Assembly: GCF_009914755.1 (NCBI RefSeq) | Contig: NC_060929.1 | Strand: one strand, 5' to 3' | Source: the human T2T-CHM13v2.0 reference genome, Homo sapiens | DNA: 64,000 bases | In this document: one piece after another, positions 31,386 to 41,834 of the stretch | How the letters are laid out: every line of letters starts with the position of its first letter | Position numbering within the stretch: position 1 is the first letter of the stretch | Notes under the pieces: model-generated | The model's database searches: none | What the model saw: the letters and a program-made list of their open reading frames with translations, nothing else | Told to the model about the DNA's origin: nothing | Translations under genes and position numbers: made by a program

Positions 31386-31986
31386 TCAACAACAATTTTA
31401 TTCCAGACACTATGCTACCCACTTGGAAGCAGTAGTGAATTAAAAGTAATGAATTAACAGCCCTTGTTCTCATGGAGCTAGACATCTAGTTTCAACCATG
31501 GTAATTCCAACTGTGGTAATGCTATGAAGGAAATGCATGGATAGGATTAACTCTAATGGGACTAGAGGGGTTTAGGAAAGCTTGCTTGAGATTAGAGATG
31601 AAATATACAAATCTATTTATTTGTGTGCATGTGTGTAAGTAACATTTAAGAGACATTTTTGGTTTCAGCAGCCATAGCTGTTTGTGTGTGTGTTTTTTAG
31701 TAATAGTTTTACTGAGATATACTCCACATATAATATTCACCAATTTTAAATGTACAATTTAATGGCTTTGGTGTATTATATTATTAATTTTTAAAAATTA
31801 TGGTAAAATGTATATAACATAAAATTTGGCATTAAAAAATTTGACCAAAATGTGGTTATGTGAAAAAAATGGAATTTTAACTATTCTTAAGTGTACAATT
31901 CAGTGCCATTAATTACACTCACAATATTATGCAACCATTTCATCACCCCAAACTGAATCTCTATACTCATTAAACAATAACTCCTC

Positions 31987-33081
31987 TGTTGCGGGAAGTC
32001 AGGGACCCCGAACGGAGGGACCGGCTGAAGCCATGGCAGAAGAACATGGATTGTGAAGATTTCATGGACATTTATTAGTTCCCCAAATTAATACTTTTAT
32101 AATTTCTTATGCCTGTCTTTACTGTAATCTCTAAACACAAATTGTGAAGATTTCATGGACACTTATCACTTCCCCAATCAATACCCTTGTGATTTCCTAG
32201 GCCTGTCTTTACTTTAATCTCTTAATCCTGTCAGCTGAGGAGGATGTATGTTTGCCTCAGGACCCTGTGATAATTGCGTTACCTGCACAAATTGTAGAGC
32301 ACGTGTGTTTGAACAATATGAAATCTGGGCACCTTGAAAGAAGAACAGGATAACAGCAATTATTCACGGAATAAGAGAGATAACCTTAAACTCTGACCAC
32401 CTGTGAGCCAGGTGGAACAGAGCCATATTTCTCTTCTTTCAAAAGCAAATGGGAGAAATATCGCTGAATTCTTTTTCTCAGCAAGGAACATCCCTGAGAA
32501 AGAGAATGCACCCCGAGGGTGGGTCTCTAAAGTGGCCCCCTTGAGTGTGGTCGTCTTCTGTGGTCGAAACTGCAGGGATGAAATAAACCCCAGTCTCCCA
32601 TAGCACTCCCAGGCTTATTAGGAAGAGGAAATTCCCGCCTAATAAATTTTGGTCAGATCAGTTGCTCTGAAACCCTGTCTCCTTATAAGACGTTATCAAT
32701 AACAATGGTGCCCGAAACTTCATTAGCAATTTTAATTTCGCTCCAGTCCTGTGGTCTTGTGATCTTGCCCTGCCTCCATTTGCCTTGTGATATTCTATTA
32801 CCTTGTGAAGCATGTGATTTCTGTGACCCAGACCCTATTCATACACTCCCTCCCCTTTTGAAAATCCCTAATAAAATCTTGCTGGTTTTATGGCTCATGG
32901 GACATCACGGAACCTACCGACATGTGATGTCTCCCCCGGATGCCCAGCTTTAAAATTTCTCTCTTTTGTACTCTGTCCCTTTATTTCTCAACTCGGCCGA
33001 TGCTTAGAGAAAATAGAAAAGAACCTACCTGAAATATCGGGGGTCAATTTTGCCCAATATCTGGCTGAATTTTCCCCGATA
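31987..33081 (+). mobile_element. MER11 (B/C-like; HERV-K11/HML-8) solo LTR
   Basis: Starts tgttgcgggaagtcagggaccccgaacggagggaccggctgaagcc, contains the internal duplicated block ttgtgaagatttcatggaca, ends ttccccgata; about 1.1 kb. Confidence 0.92.
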
Positions 33082-33884
33082 CTCATTCCTGCTTCCCTCA
33101 ACCCCTGGTAACCTCTATTCTACCTTCTATCTCTATGAATATGCCTGTCCTGGGTACCTCATATTAGTAGAATCGTATAATATTTGTCCTTTTATGTCTG
33201 GCTCATTTCACTTAGATAATGTGTTCAAGGTTCATTATGTTGTAGCATGTAGCAAAATGTCATTCCTTTTCATAGCTGAATAATATTCCATTGTGTGTCT
33301 ATGTAATACATTTTGTTTATCAGTTAATCTGTTGATGGACACTTGGGTTGTTTCCACATTTTGGCTACTGTGAATAATGCTGCAATTAAACATTGCTGTA
33401 CAAGTATCTGCTTAAGTCCCTGCTTTCAATGTTTTGGGTAGACACCTAGGAGTGAAATTTCTGGGTCATATGGTAATTCTATAACTTTTTGAGGAATGAC
33501 TAAACTGTTTTCCACAGTGGCTGAACCTTTCTACATTCCCATCAACAATATATGAGGGTTCCAATTTCTCTCTAAACTCACCAATACTTGTTAATTTCAT
33601 TTAAAAAATTTATAACCATCCTAGTAGGTGTGGAGTAGTATTTTATCTCTAACTTTTGGAAAAAATGCTAGGCTATTTTCCAAAATGGCTATATCATTTT
33701 GCATTCCCATTAACAGTGTGTGAGGATTTTGATTTCTCCATATCTTTGCCAACACTTATTATTACCTGACTTTTCAGGTCTAACCATCCTAGTGAGTATA
33801 AAGTGGTATTTCATTGTGGTTTTAACTTGCATTTCCTTAACGACTAATGAATGTCTCTCCATGTGTTTATTGGCCATTTGTATA

Positions 33885-34480
33885 TAACAGATCCTCAAAT
33901 AACATTCTTTCATTCAATGTCATTTCATTATAATGTTGATAAGAAAAACAAAATCAATTCCCAGCCAGGGCCACTGTCTGCCTGGAGTTTGTACATTCTC
34001 CCCATGTCTACATGGGTTTTCTCTGGCTACTCTGGTTTCCTCCCACATCCCATAGCTGTGCCCATTGAGTGAATTGGGGTGTCTGCATCGTTTCAGTCTG
34101 AGTGAGTGGGGGTGTGTGTATGAGTGTGTCCTGCAATGGAATGGCATCCTGGCCAGGGCAGGTTCCTGCCTTGTTCCCTGAGCTACTGGGAGAGGCTCTG
34201 GCCCCCTGTGATCCTGAACTGGAATGAGTGGGTAAATAATGATCTTGTTTTTATTAATCTTTTCTAAATGTGTGTAGAGCTCACATTTATTTCCATGTAT
34301 AATATAAGAAGTGTCTTGGACTTTATTTAGAATTTTGGTGATGTTTTTGTGACCAGAAATATACCATAAAAACTTAAACTCTTGCTCATATCAATTAGCC
34401 CATGGTTTTGTTTTATGCCATTTTTCCTAAAGTCACAGTTTCCAAGAACCTAACAAACACATTAAATGAGGTCTTAACTG
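33885..34480 (+). mobile_element. MER6/MER6A TcMar-Tigger non-autonomous DNA transposon
   Basis: cagatcctcaaataac.. start; central ggagtttgtacattctccccatgtct..gggttttctc..gtttcctcccacatcc; end ..atgaggtcttaactg. Confidence 0.82.
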
Positions 34481-35846
34481 TGTCTTGTTTGGAATAATGT
34501 CTGTTCAGTTCCTTTGCTCATTTTTAATTGGTTTATTAGACTTTTTATTGTTGAACTGTAAGAGTTTACAAGCAATAGTTTTAACTTTAAGCTACCGGGC
34601 AACCTTTTAAAAAGGAGCTCATCTTAACCCCAGTGAAATAAAAGATGCCCATCTATAACCCTTTGGAAATTTTTGAAATAAAAATTTCTTGAATTTTTAT
34701 TTGAAATAAAATAAAATTTTATTTGAATTTTGCAATACTTGAAATACTGCAAGGATTTATCAGGGTAATTATTTTCCTGCCTTGATTCCTTTCAGGTTTT
34801 CATATGAAGTCAAATGATCAATTCTGCAAGAGAAGAATATCACTTTAATCCAAAGCAATAGTCAAATGGTTGTCTTATTTTGTTCCCGCCCCACAATTTT
34901 ATTATTTTTCTTGAGCCCTGAGCTGCTTTTTTATTATTTTGAATTAGTGTTTAATTTTTTGTCAAATGTTTATATCTATTTCCATTTTTCATTCCTTCCT
35001 ACTTGGCTGGAACCATCAAGTTTTATAATTACATCTTTTATACCACTCCTAGGTCATGACCAATTTTGATTCATGTCAAATTAACTCACATTTGATTAAT
35101 GTCAAATGCATTCAAGGTTATTAATGAGAAATAGTACTTGGAATTTTTAAAGCAGTTTCTACATACAAAGCAGTCTTCAGATAGTAACTAATTATACTTT
35201 ATAATGTACTTGAAAGATAGATTTATTATTAATAATGTTTGTCCTGATGTCAAATTCCATGAAGTACCCACTTGACATAAATGCCTAATGTGATATAAGT
35301 TAATTGAGAAGAACCTTTGCTTTTCAACTTCAGGCAACTGTTTATCCAGATATCATGTTACTAATCTCTTAGCAAATGGTTTTCTTCGAAAGCAATACAT
35401 CAAAATGTTACTAAAATGTGATAAATTATACCTTGTCTTAATAGAGGAACTATGAATAAAAATCTGCCCTGTAGCATTTGATTTCAAGATAAAAAGAAGG
35501 GGAAAGGATTCAATTTATTTTTTAAGTTTTAAACATAAATGCCTTGAGAAATGATTAACCTATTTAAAGCATTCTGAATTTTAAGTTAGTTATTGAATAC
35601 ATACCAGTGGAACAAATTCAATGAATCCTTAGGATAAGGGGAGTGCTAGGAACCAAAAGACTTTGGTTCTAATTAGAACCTTGGCATTAAGTACTTTGGT
35701 AATGCTTGGGCAGGTCTCCTAACCTTGACATTTTACTTGTACAGTTGTGGGGGTGGTCACAGTAGGTCAGTTCCATAAAATGGATTAGATATCAATCCCT
35801 TCCCATAGGATTGTTTCTTGTGGTATGTACTGACGATTTCCAAAAT

Positions 35847-35893
35847 GTGTGTGTGTGTGTAGTTGTAGTAGTAGTAGTAGTAGTGGTAGTAGT
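35847..35893. repeat. Compound (GT)n(GTA)n microsatellite
   Basis: Direct inspection. Confidence 0.9.
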
Positions 35894-36390
35894 TTCTTAC
35901 TGATGCATAACAATTACCCTAAAATTTAGCAGCTTAAAATACTTATTATCTCACAATTTCTGTGGGTCAGGAATCCAGGAATAGCTTAGCTGGATAGTTC
36001 TGACTCACTGTCTCTCATGAGGTTACAACCAGGCTATTGACTAAGACTGAAGTCATCTTAAAAGGCTGATAGATGCTGAAGGATCCACTTCCAAGCTCAC
36101 TGATATGGTCATTGGTAGAAAGCTTCATTTCTTCCTTATGTGAGCCTCTCCATAGCTATCATAACAAGGCAGCTGGCTTCTCCCAGAGAAAATAATGAGA
36201 GAGAGAGAAAGAGAAACCAAGATGGAAGCCAATGTATTTTACAACTGAATCTCAGAAGTGACACACCATCACTTCTGCCATGTTCTGTTGGTCACACAGA
36301 CCAGACCTCATCCAATGTTGTATGTACCTAAGACTATGAATATGCAGAGTCAAGGATCACTGGGGATCATCTTGGAGGCTGGCTGTCATA
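35890..36390 (-). mobile_element. MLT1 (F/G/H-like) solo LTR
   Basis: cataacaattaccctaaaatttagcagcttaa..tctgtgggtcaggaat..catcttggaggctggctgtcata. Confidence 0.78.
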
Positions 36391-36439
36391 ATGCCAGTAT
36401 ACAGGTACATGTATATATTTATGTGTTTGTATTTATTTG

Positions 36440-37227
36440 TACATATCTGTATGTATGTAGGGGTATACATGCATATATTTCCTAACTGCTGAAAGGGCTA
36501 AGAAGCAAAGACATACCAGTAGCAATCAGTATACTGAGCATCCAGATTTTAGTCTCTAATATCAGTCCCCACAGAAAACAACAAAGACTTTTCAGAGAAA
36601 TGGCTTCCAGTGTTTGGGCATGGGCAGGGGCAGGGTAGGTACAAGGTAATACAGGAACATCTTGTTATTCCAGAAAGTAAAGAACTATTCAAAAACATGA
36701 TAGGGGCATGTCACAAAGGCACAGAGGCCAGCTGAATAGGTTCCCACTGGCCAAATATGGGAAAATTTGAATACCAAAATCACTAAGTAAAATAATGAGT
36801 TATAAATCATTGAAAAATATGAACTCATGAATATTTACTAATGATAGATAGATGATTGGTAAATAGGTGGATAGATAGATAATAGAATATAAGTGACTTC
36901 TCTTGCTTAACACAGAATGACAAGGACTTCCTGATAAATGTCAAGGGAATACTGGATTTGGGAGATCATCATTTGCAACCATGGTGGTAAAGACTGGTTT
37001 ATACAAGAATCAACAATGCATGCCAAACTTAGGAGGAAATTTAGTGAGGAGCAAGATATTTGCACAGCATTATAATACCTCTCTACTGCCTTCTTATTGA
37101 TTGCAACTGAGGGAAAACCCCAGTAACCATAGAGTGGAGAAACTGGACAACACTTTGACCAGGTGATTAAAATTAGCATCATCCATGAGGGACAGATGCA
37201 CATTGTGTGCTTCCAGGTAATATTTAC
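36440..37227 (+). mobile_element. L1MC/MD-like 3'UTR
   Basis: ggcagggtaggtacaag..ccagaaagtaa; cagaatgacaagg..atcatttgcaacca..gtggagaaactggacaacactttgaccagg. Confidence 0.65.
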
Positions 37228-39822
37228 TGTATTAGCCCATTTTCATACTGCTCTGAAGAAATACCCGACTGGGTAATTTTTAAAGAAAAGGAGGTTTAAA
37301 GGACTCATAGTTCCCCATGGCTGGGGAGGTCTCACAATCGTGGCAGAAGGCAAAGGAGGAGCAAAGGCACATCTTACATGGTAGCAGGCAAGTGGGTGTG
37401 TGTAGGGGAACTACCCTTTATAAAACCATCAGATCTCATGAGACTTATTCACTGTCATGAGAACAGCACAGGAAAAACCCACCCCCATGAATCAGTTACC
37501 ACCCACCGGGTCCCTCCCATGACATGTGGGGATTATGAAAGCTACAATTCGAGATGAGATTTGGTGCGAACACAGCCAAACCATGTAATTCTGCTCTTGG
37601 CCCCTCCCAAATCTCATGTCCTCACATTTCAAAACCAATCAGTTCTTCCCAACAGTCCCCCAAAGTCTTAACTCATTTCAGCCTTAACTCCACAGTCCAC
37701 AATCCAAAGTCTCATCTGAGACAAAGCAAGTCCCTTCCGCCTGTGAGCATGTAAAATCAAAAGCAAGTTAGTTACTTCCTAGATACAATAGGGGTACAGG
37801 CATTGGATAAATACATCCATCCCAAATGAGAGAAATCGGCCAAAACAAAGGGGCTACCAGCCCCATGCAAGTTCGAAATCCAGCAGGGCGGTCAAATTGA
37901 GAAGGAAGAAAGGAAGGAACCAGTTAGGCAGATAGCAAAGTCCTCAGTTGAATTTCCTTTCTGATGAAAGAAGCAGCCTGAAAGATTAAACTTCACACAC
38001 AGATAAGGAAGCAAGGTCCAGCATAAAAGCATGCCTTCTGTGTAATCAGCACATTTCACATATATACAGTGGGGCCTCAGTGAGCACATTCCTTTCCTTT
38101 TTTGGATGTACCCAGATAAAGAAGCTTACACTGGGAGAGGTTTACTTGGAACATGTCTGCAGCTGCAAAGATAAGAGGAGCTACACTGGGCTAGGCATGT
38201 CTGCAATGAAGAATTCTGCCCCCTAACATTTGTGCAGTAAGGGAGGTTGAACAACATGGAGTAACTCTGGCCAAGAGCCCACATGCGCACTAGGAGGGCA
38301 GGGTGGGGGCGGTCAGAAATTCACACCTTATGCAAATGACATACCTAGTCCTAACCGGTTTTTTGCACCTTATGCAAATGAAACATTTTCCCCACTAGCT
38401 TGTTTATAAAAGCCTTTGTATTCAACTGTAAAACGGCAACCCTTTATCGGGATCCCTTTCTGCAGCAGAGAGCTTTCTCTCTTTCTTTCACTTACTAAAT
38501 GTCTACTCTGACCTCTCCCTTGGAGTTCATGTTCCTTGATTTCCTTGTTCATGAGACAAAGAACTACAGGTGGTACCTCAGGCAATGAGGCCATTTCAAA
38601 ATCTTAAAACTCCAAAAGGATCTCCTTTGACTTCATGTCTCACATTCAGGACATGCTGATGGAAGAGGTGGGCTCCCACAGCCTTGGGAAGCTCCACCCC
38701 TGTGGCTTTGCAGGGTACAGCCCCCTCCTGGCTGCTTTCATGGGCTGGTGTTGAATGTCTGTGCACAGTGCAAGCTGTCAGTGGATCTACCATTCTGGGG
38801 TCTGGAGGACAGTGGTCCTCTTCTCAAAGCTCCACTAGGCAGTTCCCCACTGGGGACTCTGTGGGGGTTCCGATCCCACATTTCCCTTCCATACTACCCT
38901 AGCAGAGCTTCTTCATGAGGGGAACCTCATGATTCTGCAGCAAACTTCTGCTTAGACATCCAGACATTTCCATACATCCTCTGAAATCTAGACAGAAGTT
39001 CCCAAACCTCAGTTCTTGACTTCTGTGCACCCACAGGCCCAACACCACATATAAGCCACCAAGTCTTGGGGCTTGCATTCTCTGAAGCAAAGGCCTGAGC
39101 TCTGTGTTGGCCCCTTTTAGCCACAGCTGGGATGAAGGGCACCATGTCCTGAGGTTGCATAGAGCATGAGGGCCCTGGACCCGGCCCACAAAACAATTTT
39201 TCCCTCCTAGGCCTCCAGGTCTGTGATGGGAAGGGCTGCCCTGAAGGTCTCTCATGTGCCCTAGAGACATTTTCCCCATTGTCTTGGCAATTAGCATTTG
39301 GCTCTTCATCACTTATGCAAATTTCTGTAGTCAGCTTAAATTTCTCCCCAGAAAATGGGGTTTTCTTTTCTACTGCATTGTCAGGCTGCAAATTTTCCAA
39401 ACTCTTATGCTCTGCTTCCTCTTGAATGCTTTGTCACTTAGAAATTTCTTTCACCAGATACCCCAAATCATCTCTTTCAAGTTCAAAGTTCCACATATTT
39501 CTATGTGTCCTCTAGGGCAGGGGCAAGAAGGCACCAGTGCCTTTGCTAAAGCACAACAAGAGTCACCTTTGCTCCAGTTTTCAACAAGTTCCTCATCTCT
39601 ATCTGAGACTACTTCAGCCTGGACTTCATTGTCCGTATCACTATCAGCATTTTGGTCAAAGCCATTCAACAATTCTCTAGGAAGTTCCAAACTTTCCCAC
39701 ATTTTCCTGTCTTCTTCTGAACCCTCCAACTGTTCCAACCTCTGCCTGACACCCAGTTCCAAAGTTGCCTCCACATTTTTGGGTATCCTTACAGGAGTGC
39801 CCCACTACCCAGTACCAACGTC
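37228..39822 (-). mobile_element. THE1 element: 3' LTR 37228-37588 plus internal region, interrupted by MER50
   Basis: ~360-bp LTR (tgtattagcccattttcatactgct..acagccaaaccat); ORFs 39451-39774 and 38927-39400 match the MaLR internal ORF (MEATLELG..LEGSEEDRKMWESLELP). Confidence 0.9.
37898..38598 (+). mobile_element. MER50-like solo LTR nested in THE1-int
   Basis: tgagaaggaagaaaggaaggaaccagttaggcag..gaggccatttca; 4-bp TSD aaat (37894-97 / 38599-602). Confidence 0.8.
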
Positions 39823-40016
39823 TGTATTAGTCAGGGTTCTCTAGAGGGACAGGAGTAACAGGATAGAAGTATATATGAAAGCGAGTTTATTAAGGAGTGT
39901 TGACTCACACAATCACAAGGTGAAGTCCCACAATAGGCCATCTGCCAGCTGAGGAGCAAAGAAGCCAGTCTGAGTCCCAAAATCTCAAAAGTAGGGAAGC
40001 TGACAGTGCAGGTTTT
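39823..40016 (-). mobile_element. Truncated MLT2A LTR occupying the 5'-LTR position of the THE1 element
   Basis: tgtattagtcagggttctctagagggacagga..; aligns to the MLT2A at 25281-26115 in this window. Confidence 0.9.
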
Positions 40017-40068
40017 CCATGTCAAAAACCAAATGTGATCACTGAAAATGATCTCTCCATCCTAATAG

Positions 40069-40842
40069 TGAAACAAAATTTTCCCTGATTCCTTCGTGGG
40101 ACTTATTAAAAATGTGGCTCATTGACTCAGCCTGCAGCTCTCAATCCCTTGCAGGAGGGGCAGCACACAGGTGAGCAGGTGCAGGGACCAGGATAAGTGC
40201 TTCTGGGAACACGCAGGAGCAGAACTTCATGCAGCCCCATGGCAGCATCTCGGGGAGTACCCATGACCCTCAGAGCCCCAGAGGACATGTGTTACAGTGC
40301 ATTCTTTTAGCTTTGCTGTCCACAGATGGCTAAAGGGTTTAGCAGCTCAGTGTGACAGCCTTCTGTATCCTGAACTCTTGTTCAGCATCCAGGAAGAATC
40401 AGGTCACACAAATGAATTGAAGATGGTAAATGTGGGGGATTTTATTGCCGATGAAAGTGGCCCTCGGTGGGATGGAGAGCTAGAAAGGGGATGAGCAGGA
40501 AGGTGGTCTTCCCCTGGAAAAGCAGCTTGACTTCAGAGGGACCTCTTCTCTGAGATCCTGCCATCAAGCCATCCCTCTGAAGTCAAGCTGCTTCTCTCCA
40601 ACTTCTGGCTGTTTCTTCTCTTCTCTCCTTCTCTGCCACGCTGCTGCCAGTGGAGCCTGGGGTTTTTATGGGTACAGTATAGGGGCAGGGCAGGCCAGGT
40701 GGTTTTGGAAAAGGCAACATTTGAGTGGGAAAAGGGGGATGTAAAGTTCTTACTTTGGGCTGCAGGTCCAGGCTTGAGGGTGGGGCCCTTGCTGGGGACT
40801 GCCCTCTTCTACCTAGTATTTCCCTGTCTCCTGTTCATATCA
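40069..40842 (-). mobile_element. LTR1-family (HUERS-P2-like) solo LTR
   Basis: Reverse complement starts tgatatgaacaggagacagggaaatactagg; ~775 bp; TSD atag (40065-68 / 40843-46). Confidence 0.85.
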
Positions 40843-41307
40843 ATAGTATGAAACAATTAAACAATTTCACTAAGCATATATCTTGCCATCATGAGAAATT
40901 AAGGCCATTGCTACATGTGGTCTAATTTTTCTCACCTACTTTAACGATTTAACCAGATTGGCTGTACGGCACCCCCATTGGCTAATTAACTGCCAAAAAC
41001 AGTTTTGATTTTTTACAGAGTGTTAGACACCTGCTGAAGACCAAATAAGACATGACACCAATCCAGCAAGCTGGTTGTCTTAATGCCAAGACTGTCTTTT
41101 CTTGTGTCCTGTGAATTCTCTTTGGGGCATTCTATAAAGGCCATTCTTCAGAAAGACAGCAATATTTCAAAAAATATAGGATTGAATTAGAATTTGAATA
41201 ACCACAATCTTTAATGATTGCTAGGATTTCTTAGAGTAATGGGAACTAGTATTGAAAGAGACTGTATAATTCCCTACCAAAATTTTTGCTTTTTAGTAAT
41301 TTGCCTT

Positions 41308-41579
41308 TTATTTTATTTTTTGAGACAGAGTCTCACTCTGTCCCCCACCCTGGAGTGCAGTGGTGGGATTTCGGCTCACTGAAGCCTCTGCCTTCTGAGT
41401 TCCTGAGTAGCTGGGACCATAGGCACATGCCACCATACCTGGCTAATTTTTTGTATTTTAGTGGAGACGGGGTTTTGCCATGTTGGCTAGGCTGGTCTCG
41501 AACTCCTGACCTCAGGTGATCCACTCTCCTCAGCCTCCCAAAGTGCTAGGATTACAGGCATGAGCCACTGCAGCCGGCC
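41308..41579 (-). mobile_element. AluS (Sx/Sz-like) with a small internal deletion
   Basis: gacctcaggtgatcc; the caagcgattctcctgcctcagcc block is missing near 41400; TSD taatttgcctt (41297-307 / 41581-91). Confidence 0.92.
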
Positions 41580-41834
41580 ATAATTTGCCTTGTTAGTAAC
41601 AATGATAACTCACTAGGAACATGAACAATCACTAAAAATCAGCACAACACAAAACAGAACAGAATCCCTGGATTTTTTTTTAACTAAAATATACTACATG
41701 CATTGACTTCTCTGACCTGCCGACCCCTTAAGGCTGGAGAAGATCCCTTGTGTACCCACCATGCTTCTGACCTATTTCTATTTGCAAGATATCTCAGGTT
41801 TACTTGGAAGGACAGAAATTCATGGGCATATTTT

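Larger units (their letters stand above)
31690..34565 (-). mobile_element. L1MB-like 3' fragments (at least two overlapping copies), interrupted by MER11 and MER6
   Basis: ttaagtgtacaattcagtg.., gctgaataatattccattgt, ORF 33710-33913 (QMANKHME..MQVKTTMKYH..GNNKCW). Confidence 0.8.

Noticed and set aside
32045-32230. Direct repeats resembling an array
   Set aside because: Internal duplicated blocks of the MER11 LTR; no repeat-spacer structure and eukaryotic context, so not CRISPR.
36616-36635. G-quadruplex motif gggcatgggcaggggcaggg
   Set aside because: A single motif inside an old L1 3'UTR; common and with no functional support.
37216-37227. gtaaat after the THE1 3' LTR, resembling the start of a second internal region
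   Set aside because: Only 6 nt match, and the following sequence is L1.
38899-39844. Overlapping 107-196 aa ORFs
   Set aside because: Decayed THE1 internal ORF and its antisense frames.
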